Origin: an uncultured virus (IMG/VR IMGVR_UViG_2740892251_000001)
Lineage: Duplodnaviria > Heunggongvirae > Uroviricota > Caudoviricetes
DNA: 21,292 nucleotides
IMG/VR virus record: IMGVR_UViG_2740892251_000001
Direction: 5' to 3' (one strand)
Below are positions 1 to 8,550 of this stretch, in pieces. Made by a program: the position numbers and the translations under genes. A model generated the notes under the pieces. It was not told the DNA's origin. It was given only the letters and a program-made list of their open reading frames with translations, and searched no databases. How positions within the stretch are numbered: the first letter of the stretch is position 1; every line of letters starts with the position of its first letter.

Positions 1-320
1 ACCAGTGAGTTGATAACGCCAAGCGCGCCAGTCATGTATTTGTCTTTAGACATACCACACATCACCTCAGAGTCATGGGCTAACGTCGCGTTACATTCTA
101 TTCGATGCGATACCAGCGCAGTAATACAATCCGGGTCAAGTGACAACGCTTGATTAAGAATATCAACAGCCCGTTGCGCTGTGATTTTCTGGTTAGTTTG
201 AGTTTCCATAATTATTACTCGTTTCGTTTCGCATTTTTGGGGTGGCTGAGGCGGTGGCGCGGGCCTCTTCACAATATCGCCGGGGTTATATGGCGGCGGT
301 GTTGGCGCTTTACGTCCCAT
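1..320 (-). CDS. Hypothetical phage protein with a Pro-rich N-terminus, running off the left edge (MGRKAPTPPPYNPGDIVKRPAPPPQPPQKCETKRVIIMETQTNQKITAQRAVDILNQALSLDPDCITALVSHRIECNATLAHD...)
   Basis: Translated by hand; not in the ORF track. ATG at 320 lies 1 nt after the Q stop, with GAGGA upstream. The frame stays open to position 1. There is an alternative in-frame ATG at 209. Confidence 0.7.
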   Translation of the reverse strand, partial: MGRKAPTPPPYNPGDIVKRPAPPPQPPQKCETKRVIIMETQTNQKITAQRAVDILNQALSLDPDCITALVSHRIECNATLAHDSEVMCGMSKDKYMTGALGVINSL

Positions 321-321
321 A

Positions 322-1359
322 TTAATCCTCGCTTATCAGTTCATAAGGCTTAAACCGGATCACCTCTTCCCCTATCCAGTCATTCACCTCTTTCAATCGT
401 TCTTGCAACGGCGTTAACTCGTTACGGACAAACACTTGTGAGGCTTTCGCCACGTCACCGAATCCGCCGGTATTGTTGGGAATAATCCCCATCATCTGCG
501 GTGGCACCCGGTGCACACTGAGCAGGTCGTCGCGGGTGGCGTTCTTGATATTAAAAAAGTCATCTTTGGTGGCGACTTCGCTCAACGGTAAAATCTGGAT
601 ACCGTCTTTTTTGCCATTAGGCGCGTACATAAACAGGTTGCGGAAATTGCCTAGCCCTTTGGTGTCGCGCATCGCTTTACGCATTGCCTCAATATCGCTG
701 CTACTTTGCGCCGCATCAGTCATATACAGGATGTATCCCGCGTGAGCGCCGTTCTGATAATACTTGCGGCGAAACAGCGTGGCGGCTTCATTGAGCCATG
801 CCGAATTTAAACCGCTGAGGTATTCCGGTAAACCGTAAAGCTCCTGATTGATATCCGGCTCGATCAGGTGGAAAACGCTCCCGGCGGCGAACAGGTGTTC
901 ATCTTTCCAGTTCTGGACAAACCAATAGCACTCTTTTTCTAATCCACGTCGGGTGTACTTTGCCGGGCTGGGGTCGAGGCGCAGTGCTGCGCCCAGTTGG
1001 TTACGGCGCAGCTCTAAAAACGCATTGCCGAATACCAGATAATCCAGCGCATAACGGCTAAAAGCCTGCTGACTGAGCATGGGGTGTGGGATAAAAGTAC
1101 TTGCCAGTATGTTGCGCTTCACATACAGCGGTGAGCTGTGATGCACTGCCGCCCGGAAGCTGCGCGCCAGCCCGTCAAAGCTGATAGGCGGGTCATACCA
1201 TTTTCCGTTGCCGGTGCATTCGATGTAATCCAGAATTTCCCGCTTGTCGAGCACGGCGGAGGGTTCGCCAAAGGTGAACGCCTCCACCGGCTGCTGTTGG
1301 CTGGCGGTGTGATTGGTTGCCGGGCGACTTAATGCCTTGCGGCCTTTGCGCTTACTCAT
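322..1359 (-). CDS. Q: Portal protein (P2 gpQ family)
   Basis: 345 aa with EAFTFGEP, HHSSPLYVKRN, QELYGLPEYL and HRVPPQMMG motifs; lies next to terminase. Confidence 0.96.
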   Translation of the reverse strand: MSKRKGRKALSRPATNHTASQQQPVEAFTFGEPSAVLDKREILDYIECTGNGKWYDPPISFDGLARSFRAAVHHSSPLYVKRNILASTFIPHPMLSQQAFSRYALDYLVFGNAFLELRRNQLGAALRLDPSPAKYTRRGLEKECYWFVQNWKDEHLFAAGSVFHLIEPDINQELYGLPEYLSGLNSAWLNEAATLFRRKYYQNGAHAGYILYMTDAAQSSSDIEAMRKAMRDTKGLGNFRNLFMYAPNGKKDGIQILPLSEVATKDDFFNIKNATRDDLLSVHRVPPQMMGIIPNNTGGFGDVAKASQVFVRNELTPLQERLKEVNDWIGEEVIRFKPYELISED

Positions 1360-3128
1360 CCGTAAAACTCCAAGAAATTAGGGCTGTGACCGCCATATGT
1401 CGCGGTAAGGGGTTCATTTAACAGGGCGTGCATAATCGCCCACGCCACATCGGCATGGCTGGCTTCTTCACTGCGGCTGGCAACATAAGTCGAACTCTTG
1501 CCGCTGGCGGTCATGGTTTTGCGAATGGCCATAAATGACTGGGTGATATCGGTGTGGCCGGTGTCATATTCCAGACGGCCGTTATTGATGGTGTGTTTGG
1601 CTTTCAGCACCATGGCGGTTTTGATTTCAGGGGTGTATTTGATTTCCCTTGCGGCCGGGAAGAACTGGCGCACCAACTGGAAAACACCTTGCCCGACGGT
1701 AGTCGCATCAATACCGATGTATTCCACGCAATATTTCTGCGTCAATTCTTCGATATGCTTGGCCTGCGCTTCAAAATCCATACCTTTCCACTGGTGGCGC
1801 TCCAACACGCGGAACTTGCCGCCCGGCACCATTGGCGGCGCAATCACCGCACACCCGGCACTGTCGCCGCCGTTGGCCTCGGACGGGTCATAACCGATCC
1901 ACACCGGGCGATAACCAAACGGCCGCAACGAATAGGGGTTGTAGTCTTCCCACTCTTCCAGACTGTCCACCATGCAAGCCTGCAACTCGGCGAACGGGAA
2001 GACTGACGCTTGATCGTCCACAAACTCGCACATCAGCAGGTTTTGATATTCTGACGGGCCGTATTCCAGTGAGAGCTGGTTAAGGTCAAACAGGTTACAA
2101 CCGCCCGCCAGTGCATCTTCAACCGTGACAATCTGCCGCCACTGACCATCAGCACACAGCGCGCCACGGGCTAAATGGCTGTGGCTTAAATCCAGTTGGA
2201 TATGGTCGGATTTATTGCGGCGGCCTTTATTGAACAACTCACCAGACCAGAACGGGTAGGCGCTGTGGGCCAGACTCGACGGTGTGGAGAAATAGGTGGT
2301 ACGCCATTTTTTGTGTAATGACATGCCGCTGGCGACTTTGCGCAGCTCCTGAAACTTGGGGATCCAGAAATATTCGTCAAGATAGAGATTGCCGGTGTAG
2401 CTCTGCGCGGTGCGCACGTTAGTGCCGAGGAAGAACAAGCGCGCCCCGTTCGGCAGCACCATCGGGTCACCTTTCAGGTCAACGTCAACCATGCGGGCAA
2501 AGTCGATAATGTAGCTTTTGAACACGTGCGCCTGTGCCTTACTGGCTGACAGGAATATCTGGTTACGTCCGGTTTTGATGGCGTCCAGCAGCGCTTCGCG
2601 GGCAAAGAAGAAGGTTGCACCAATCTGGCGCGATTTCAGGATATTGCGGATGCGGTGAGTGAGTCCGGCCTCAAACCAATTGCGCTGATAATCAAAGATA
2701 TTTTCGTGAAAAATAGACTCCAGCTTTTCAATAGCGGATTCACCGAACAGGTTTTTATCCGGGGTCTTGCGCTCCCCTTTGTTGCGGTTCGCTACGTTCG
2801 GATTTAAATCAGCTTCGCTGCCGGTCTGGCTGTAGCGGTTAACCCGCGCCAGCCGTTCAATCTGGCGGCCTAACAGGTCAATCTCTTTAAAGTCCCGCCC
2901 CTCTTTGGCGTCTTTCATGATGAGCTGAATCAACCGCGCTTCCATGCTGGTTTCCACGCGGGAAATGGGCGCAATGGCGTCCCACCCGTCGCGCTTCTTC
3001 CAGCTCTGCACAGTCGGCGATTTCAGGGCCAGCGTGTCCGCAATCTGGCGCACAGAAAAGCCCTGCCAGTAAAGCAAGGCCGCCTGTCGCCGTGGGTCGC
3101 TGATGATGGTGCTCGGTGTCGTATTCAT
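1356..3128 (-). CDS. P: Terminase large (ATPase) subunit (P2 gpP)
   Basis: 590 aa with an N-terminal HTH (DPRRQAALLYWQG), Walker A-like KSRQIGAT, Walker B LYLDE and the nuclease-domain IGYDP motif. Confidence 0.97.
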   Translation of the reverse strand: MNTTPSTIISDPRRQAALLYWQGFSVRQIADTLALKSPTVQSWKKRDGWDAIAPISRVETSMEARLIQLIMKDAKEGRDFKEIDLLGRQIERLARVNRYSQTGSEADLNPNVANRNKGERKTPDKNLFGESAIEKLESIFHENIFDYQRNWFEAGLTHRIRNILKSRQIGATFFFAREALLDAIKTGRNQIFLSASKAQAHVFKSYIIDFARMVDVDLKGDPMVLPNGARLFFLGTNVRTAQSYTGNLYLDEYFWIPKFQELRKVASGMSLHKKWRTTYFSTPSSLAHSAYPFWSGELFNKGRRNKSDHIQLDLSHSHLARGALCADGQWRQIVTVEDALAGGCNLFDLNQLSLEYGPSEYQNLLMCEFVDDQASVFPFAELQACMVDSLEEWEDYNPYSLRPFGYRPVWIGYDPSEANGGDSAGCAVIAPPMVPGGKFRVLERHQWKGMDFEAQAKHIEELTQKYCVEYIGIDATTVGQGVFQLVRQFFPAAREIKYTPEIKTAMVLKAKHTINNGRLEYDTGHTDITQSFMAIRKTMTASGKSSTYVASRSEEASHADVAWAIMHALLNEPLTATYGGHSPNFLEFYG

Positions 3129-3173
3129 GCCATTAGGCTACGCGACCAGCCCGACCCTCTGCGCGTCCTCGCT

Positions 3174-3195
3174 GTTGTGCCAGCCCCGTCACAAC
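3174..3195. promoter_or_regulatory. Ogr/Delta-type activator site for the divergent late promoters pP and pO
   Basis: TGT(3176-3178)-N12-ACA(3191-3193), extended to the inverted repeat GTTGTG...CACAAC. Candidate -10 elements are TAGCCT (minus, 3135-3140) and GAAACT (plus, 3228-3233). Confidence 0.85.
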
Positions 3196-3273
3196 TGGCT
3201 TTCGTTGTTGCCGCCCCCCTCAGTCTGGAAACTAAGCCCCGTACCAAACAACCCACATTAAATGGAGCCGCTC

Positions 3274-4128
3274 ATGGCTAAGAAAGTCTCTAAGTATTTT
3301 CGTATCGGCGTTGAAGGTGATACCTGCGACGGACGAGTGATTGACGCTGACGATATCAACCAGATGGCCGAGTCATTTGATCCACGCGTCTACGGTTGCC
3401 GTATCAATTTGGAGCATTTGAAAAGTTATTTCCCTGACAGCCCCTTCCGCCGTTATGGCGATGTATCAGCACTTAAAGCAGAAACCATTGAAGACGATTC
3501 CATCCTGAACGGTAAGCGTGCGTTGTTCGCCCAAATCAGCCCAACCGATGATTTGGTGCAGATGAACAAAGCCCTACAGAAAATCTATACCTCCATGGAA
3601 ATTCGCCCGAACTTTGCCAATACCGGTAAAGCCTATCTGGTTGGGCTAGCCGTGACCGATGACCCGGCCAGTCTCGGTACTGAAATGCTGGAATTTAGCG
3701 CCAAAGCCAAGCACAACCCACTGGCCGCCCGTAAGTCTCACCCGGATAACTTTTTCTCTGCGGCGGTTGAAGTGCAACTGGAGTTTGAAGACGTGGCCGA
3801 GCCGGGTGTCACCTTACTCAACATGGTGAAGTCAGTATTCAGTCGTAAACAGGCAACCGATGATGCCCGTTTTAATGATGTGCATGAGGCGGTGAATGCC
3901 GTGGCAGTGCATGTGCAGGAACAGGGGGAAACCATTGAAGCCCGCTTTGCCGCCATTGAGAAACAACTCACTGACCACGTGGTGGAGCTGAAGCAGAGCA
4001 TCGAAAAGGGAAAGCAAGGGGTTACGTCCCTCGAAAACAAACTGTCTATCACTGAAAACTTTAGCCAGACCAAGCGCCCGGAATCCACTGGTGTCAATGG
4101 TCAAGCCGACGTGCTGACTGACTGCTAA
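3274..4128 (+). CDS. O: Capsid scaffold/protease (P2 gpO)
   Basis: MAKKVSKYFRIGVEGDTCDGR start, INLEH and GLAVTDDPASLGTE motifs, C-terminal LTDC. Start moved to 3274 because a GGAG SD sits at 3264-3267. Confidence 0.95.
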   Translation: MAKKVSKYFRIGVEGDTCDGRVIDADDINQMAESFDPRVYGCRINLEHLKSYFPDSPFRRYGDVSALKAETIEDDSILNGKRALFAQISPTDDLVQMNKALQKIYTSMEIRPNFANTGKAYLVGLAVTDDPASLGTEMLEFSAKAKHNPLAARKSHPDNFFSAAVEVQLEFEDVAEPGVTLLNMVKSVFSRKQATDDARFNDVHEAVNAVAVHVQEQGETIEARFAAIEKQLTDHVVELKQSIEKGKQGVTSLENKLSITENFSQTKRPESTGVNGQADVLTDC

Positions 4129-4204
4129 TCAGGGTCACAGGCCGCCCATTGTGCGGTCACGTTGTTATTTCACCATTACATTATTTAACTGAATCAGGAT
4201 TATT

Positions 4205-5440
4205 ATGCGCCCAGCAACCCGTTTTAAATTTAATGCCTATCTGACCCGTCAAGCCGAGCTGAACGGGGTCGCAACCGGCGATTTGAATAAAAAATTCAAC
4301 GTTGAACCCTCCGTCACGCAAACCATCATGACCCGCGTCCAAGAGTCCTCTGATTTCCTAAGCAGCATCAATATTGTGCCCGTCGCCGAGCTGACCGCTG
4401 AAAAAGTCGGCCTCGGTGTGAATGGCACAGTCGCCAGTACCACCGATACTGACGGCGGAGACGAGCGCGAAACTGCCGAGTTTGCCTCACTGGACAGTGA
4501 GAAATATTTCTGTGAACAGGTGAACTACGACTTCCACATCCGCTATAGCACCCTCGATATGTGGGCGCGTTATCTGGACTTCCAGACCCGCTTGCGCGAC
4601 GCCATTATCAAGCGGCAGGCGCTAGACCGCATTATGGCGGGTTTCAATGGCACCCACCGCGCCAAAACATCCAATCGCGCGCAGTTTCCTATGTTGGAAG
4701 ATCTTGCTGTGGGTTGGTTGCAAAAATACCGTAATAACGCACCGGCCCGCGTGATGAGTAAAGTCGTCGGGGAAAATGGTGAGTTGGTATCAGATAAGAT
4801 TCGTGTTGGCGAGGGCGGTGACTACGTCAATCTTGATGCACTGGTGATGGATGCTGCCAGCTCGATGATTGCCGAATGGTATCAGGAAGACCCCGGCCTT
4901 GTTGTCCTGACAGGTCGCAATCTGATGCAGGATAAGTATTTCCCGCTGGTCAACAAAGCGCAGGAAAACAGCGAATCCCTTGCTGCTGACATGATTATCA
5001 GCCAGAAGCGAATCGGTAACTTACCTGCCGTCAGTGCGCCCTATTTCCCGGCCAATGCATTCATGATCACCCGCCTTGATAACCTGTCTATCTACTGGCT
5101 GGAAGACTCACACCGCCGCCATATTGATGAAGTTGCTAAACGTGACCGTATCGAAAACTACGAATCCATTAAACAGGATTATGTGGTGGAAGATTACGCC
5201 GGGGGTTGTCTGGTGGAAAATATCGAGATTTTACCGGCAAAAAGTGGCAGTAAAACCGGAATGGGTGCAAGCGCGCTAATGGTATCTGATGCCCCGAACT
5301 ATGACGGTATTGCCGCCGCGATCATGGCTGCGGTGAACGTTGCGGCTAACCCGAATGAAGCCAAACCGGAAGCCACCACCGATGCGCAGGCCGCGACGGA
5401 AAGCGCTCCCGAAACACCGGCAACCAAAGGGAGCAAATAA
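4205..5440 (+). CDS. N: Major capsid protein (P2 gpN family) with a C-terminal extension
   Basis: FNVEPSVTQT, ALDRIMAGFNG, GWLQKYR and ITRLDNLSIYW motifs; 411 aa. Confidence 0.96.
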   Translation: MRPATRFKFNAYLTRQAELNGVATGDLNKKFNVEPSVTQTIMTRVQESSDFLSSINIVPVAELTAEKVGLGVNGTVASTTDTDGGDERETAEFASLDSEKYFCEQVNYDFHIRYSTLDMWARYLDFQTRLRDAIIKRQALDRIMAGFNGTHRAKTSNRAQFPMLEDLAVGWLQKYRNNAPARVMSKVVGENGELVSDKIRVGEGGDYVNLDALVMDAASSMIAEWYQEDPGLVVLTGRNLMQDKYFPLVNKAQENSESLAADMIISQKRIGNLPAVSAPYFPANAFMITRLDNLSIYWLEDSHRRHIDEVAKRDRIENYESIKQDYVVEDYAGGCLVENIEILPAKSGSKTGMGASALMVSDAPNYDGIAAAIMAAVNVAANPNEAKPEATTDAQAATESAPETPATKGSK

Positions 5441-5443
5441 GCC

Positions 5444-6103
5444 ATGACCAGTCCTGCGCGCCGCCACTTTATCCAACAGTCGGCTATTGCCGCCTCACAA
5501 CTACGGGATAACCCGTTGCGCCATGCCACCGGCTACGAGCTGATGTTGCTTAAGCTCAATGAAGATAAACGCAAGCTGAAACAGGTGCGTTCAAATGAAC
5601 GTAAAGCCGAGCTGAAGCGGCAATTATTGCCGGACTACCTGCCGTGGGTGTCAGGTGTGTTGAGTGAGGGGAAAGGCGCGCAGGACGCCATTTTAATGAC
5701 CATCATGATTTGGCGTCTGGATGCCGGGGATATCCCCGGTGCACTGGATATCGCCCGTTATGCCCTGCGTTATCAGTTAGTGCCAACAGACCGCTTTACC
5801 CGTTCTACCGCGTACCTGATTGCCGAGGAAGTGGCCGAGTCTGCCGGGCGCGCCTATGCCACCGGTAAGCCGGTTGACGTTGACCACCTGCTGCAAACCA
5901 TTGAGCTGATGGAAGACGAAGACATGCCCGACCAGGTGCGGGCCAAACTGCACAAAATGACCGGTTATGTGCTGCGTGACAGTGACCGGGGCGAACTGGC
6001 CCTGAGCCACCTTCACCGCGCACTCCAATTGCATACCGGTTGTGGCGTCAAGAAAGACATTGAGCGACTGGCCGTTAAGTTAAAGAACGCCGCCAGCCGC
6101 TAA
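5444..6103 (+). CDS. M: Terminase small subunit (P2 gpM)
   Basis: MTSPARRH start, DMPDQVRAKLHK and GVKKDIERL motifs; follows N. Confidence 0.93.
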   Translation: MTSPARRHFIQQSAIAASQLRDNPLRHATGYELMLLKLNEDKRKLKQVRSNERKAELKRQLLPDYLPWVSGVLSEGKGAQDAILMTIMIWRLDAGDIPGALDIARYALRYQLVPTDRFTRSTAYLIAEEVAESAGRAYATGKPVDVDHLLQTIELMEDEDMPDQVRAKLHKMTGYVLRDSDRGELALSHLHRALQLHTGCGVKKDIERLAVKLKNAASR

Positions 6104-6202
6104 CCCGAACGCTCCCCGAGCCGGGCGGCACGATGGCCGCAACAGGGTTTGCCTTGTTAACGCCGTCGTCCACCGCCCACCCATTCTGATATTGAGGTTG
6201 CC

Positions 6203-6676
6203 ATGACCACTGTTGTTATCCCCGCGCCACGGCCTGACAAAACGGCCGAACCGGTGATTGAAAATACCTTTTTCTGGCCTGCGGTTGACCCGATAAAACT
6301 GCGCGAGCTGTTGCGCCTTGAAGGAACCGTTACCGCCGAGCGCCTGCGCTTTACCATCAAAGGCGCTATTGCCGAGGTTAACGCTGAACTGTACGAGTAC
6401 CGCCGTGACCAGATGGCGGCAGGCTTTAAAACACTGGCCGAGGTACAGGCCGAGCAACTGGACGGCGAGAGCATCCAGTTGGCCGAGTACCAGCGCGCGG
6501 TCTGTGCCATTACGGCCGCACTGTTGGCCGAGCGTTATCGCGGCTATGACGCCAGCGCGCGTGGTGATAAACGCGCGGAAGCCATTGAAAGTACGGTTGA
6601 TGAGTTGTGGCGTGATGCGCGGATTAGCATTCGCAACATTGCCGGTAAGCCTCACAACATTATTGGCCTTATCTGA
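6203..6676 (+). CDS. L: Head completion protein (P2 gpL)
   Basis: IENTFFWP, YQRAVCA and ERYRGYDAS motifs; GAGG SD upstream. Confidence 0.92.
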   Translation: MTTVVIPAPRPDKTAEPVIENTFFWPAVDPIKLRELLRLEGTVTAERLRFTIKGAIAEVNAELYEYRRDQMAAGFKTLAEVQAEQLDGESIQLAEYQRAVCAITAALLAERYRGYDASARGDKRAEAIESTVDELWRDARISIRNIAGKPHNIIGLI

Positions 6677-6879
6677 TGCAGGTCAACGCGTTGCAAGGCG
6701 ACACGCTCGACGCACTGTGCTGGCGGCATTACGGCCGCACCCAAGATGTGCTTGAGCAAGTCTATGACGCAAATCCGGGGCTGTCGGAACTGGGGGCTAT
6801 TCTGCCCCACGGCTATCCGGTGGAGTTGCCCGACATGGCCCCAGCGGCCCAACGTGAAACCGTTCAATTATGGGATTGA
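6676..6879 (+). CDS. X: Tail protein X (LysM-like)
   Basis: QGDTLDALCWRHYG...ANPGL...VQLWD. Confidence 0.93.
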   Translation: MQVNALQGDTLDALCWRHYGRTQDVLEQVYDANPGLSELGAILPHGYPVELPDMAPAAQRETVQLWD

Positions 6880-6881
6880 AA

Positions 6882-7091
6882 ATGGAGAAAATCAGCTCTG
6901 CGTTAGCTTATGTTTTTGCGCTGCTGTTAGCGTTTATTGGCGCACTGAGTCCGCAAGATATTGCGTTTTATGTGGCGGCGCTGGCTGCTGCGGCGACCTG
7001 TCTTATTAACTGGTATTACCGGCGCAAGAGTTATTTCTTGCTGAAAGAACTGAGTATTAGGCGGGAGGTGTTCGATGAACTCAATCGTTAA
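6882..7091 (+). CDS. Holin (small, HP1/186-type)
   Basis: 69 aa with two hydrophobic segments, then NWYYRRK and a charged tail; directly upstream of the endolysin. Start set at ATG 6882, after the X stop. Confidence 0.85.
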   Translation: MEKISSALAYVFALLLAFIGALSPQDIAFYVAALAAAATCLINWYYRRKSYFLLKELSIRREVFDELNR

Positions 7092-7581
7092 GCGCTGTCT
7101 GGTCGGGGTCATTCTGGCGCTGGCCGCCACCTTGCCAAACTATCAGACGCTCAAAACATCGGCTGCCGGACTAAAACTGATTGCCGATTATGAGGGCTGC
7201 CAGCTCAACGCCTACCAATGCAGCGCCAACGTTTGGACAAATGGCATCGGTCACACGGCTGGCGTGAAGCCGGGCAGCGTGATTAGTGAGAGGCAGGTGG
7301 CGGTCAATCTGGTGGCGGATGTGCAACGGGTTGAGCAGGCAATCGCCGTCTGTATGCCGGTTGCCATGCCACAACCGGTGTATGACGCAGTGGTGAGTTT
7401 CGTCTTTAACGTCGGCACCGGCGCGGCTTGCCGCTCGACGCTGGCCTTTTTTGTCAACAAGGGCGACTGGCGCAGCGCCTGCAATCAGTTGCCGCGCTGG
7501 GTGTACGTCAATGGCGTAAAAACCAAAGGGCTAGAACGTCGCCGCACCACTGAACAAACACACTGCCTGAGCGGGGTCTGA
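7075..7581 (+). CDS. SAR endolysin, T4-lysozyme fold (GH24)
   Basis: Weakly hydrophobic N-terminal segment; catalytic E40-X8-C49-X5-T55; FNVG and GLERRR motifs. Confidence 0.92.
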   Translation: MNSIVKRCLVGVILALAATLPNYQTLKTSAAGLKLIADYEGCQLNAYQCSANVWTNGIGHTAGVKPGSVISERQVAVNLVADVQRVEQAIAVCMPVAMPQPVYDAVVSFVFNVGTGAACRSTLAFFVNKGDWRSACNQLPRWVYVNGVKTKGLERRRTTEQTHCLSGV

Positions 7582-7582
7582 T

Positions 7583-7999
7583 ATGCGCATAGCCATGATG
7601 TTGATAGTCGCGTTACTGGTTGCACTGGGGTGGTATGCCAACCGCCTGAGCCACAATATCGACAGTGCCAACCGGATTATTGGCACCTTATCAGCTGGGA
7701 TTGAGAGCCGGGACAATGCGATCACCCGAATGCAAGATGAGGCCCGGCAACAGGCAGACAATGAGCGGGCATTACGGCAATCACTGAGCCACGCCAGCAC
7801 CTTGTCATTATCTCGTGAACAGAGAATTCAAAGGTTACTCAATGAAAATAAAGTCTTGCGTGATTGGTTTGCTACTGCTTTGCCTGCTGACGTTATCCGG
7901 CTGCACCAAAGACCCGCATTTGCCAGACCCAACGATTATTTACGTTGGCTGTCCGACGGTGAGCAGTTGCCCGCTGCCGGGCAGCACCCCGGCGGTTAA
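7583..7999 (+). CDS. lysB: Inner-membrane spanin (LysB/Rz-like)
   Basis: N-terminal TM segment, coiled-coil body and the LLNENKVLRDWFATALPADVIRL motif. Confidence 0.88.
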   Translation: MRIAMMLIVALLVALGWYANRLSHNIDSANRIIGTLSAGIESRDNAITRMQDEARQQADNERALRQSLSHASTLSLSREQRIQRLLNENKVLRDWFATALPADVIRLHQRPAFARPNDYLRWLSDGEQLPAAGQHPGG

Positions 8000-8156
8000 C
8001 GGTGATTTAAGTGCCGATATCCGTCAGTTAGAAACCGCACTGGTGGCCTGCGGGCTGCAAGTGGAAGCTGTTAAACAGTGTCAGGAACAACACCATGTTA
8101 AAACCCAAACTGTTACGCCAAGCCTTAACCGACAGCCTGCAACTGTTCCAGACTAA
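7842..8156 (+). CDS. lysC: Outer-membrane lipoprotein spanin (LysC/Rz1-like), overlapping lysB and R
   Basis: From ATG 7842: signal peptide MKIKSCVIGLLLLCLLTLSG|C (lipobox LSGC), then GCPTVSSCPLP and NGDL motifs. Confidence 0.87.
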   Translation: MKIKSCVIGLLLLCLLTLSGCTKDPHLPDPTIIYVGCPTVSSCPLPGSTPAVNGDLSADIRQLETALVACGLQVEAVKQCQEQHHVKTQTVTPSLNRQPATVPD

Positions 8157-8550
8157 CCCGGAGCGGTTGAAAATGTTTGTTGATGGCGGGCGCATTGTCT
8201 CAACGCTGGCCCCGTCGCTGTCTTTTGAAAATCAATATACGCTCACGCTGTTTATTGAGGATTTCCCCGATGATATTGATTATCTCTTTGTGCCGATACT
8301 GGCATGGCTGCGGGAACATCAACCGGACATCATGGCAACAGAAGAAAAACGCCGCACCGGCTTTATTCATAAGGTTGATGTGATGAGCGATGTGTTGAGT
8401 GATATCCGTATCGACTTGCAACTGACTGAGCGGGCTATTGTGAAAGAGGTAGACGGTGCATTGCATGTTGACCATGCGCTGGAACCGGCTTGGCCGGGTA
8501 CGCCAACACGACCAACAGCAATCTACTTTAACGGTGAAACGGTCAAATGA
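8095..8550 (+). CDS. R: Tail completion protein (P2 gpR)
   Basis: MLKPKLLRQAL start, WLREHQPD and LQLTER motifs. Confidence 0.92.
   Translation: MLKPKLLRQALTDSLQLFQTNPERLKMFVDGGRIVSTLAPSLSFENQYTLTLFIEDFPDDIDYLFVPILAWLREHQPDIMATEEKRRTGFIHKVDVMSDVLSDIRIDLQLTERAIVKEVDGALHVDHALEPAWPGTPTRPTAIYFNGETVK

Noticed and set aside
150..353. 67-aa plus-strand ORF
   Set aside because: It has a TTG start and lies antisense to the better-supported minus-strand ORF starting at 320 and to the end of Q.
4140..4158. Small hairpin GGCCGC/GCGGTC in the O-N spacer
   Set aside because: Short stem with no adjacent U-tract; could arise by chance.
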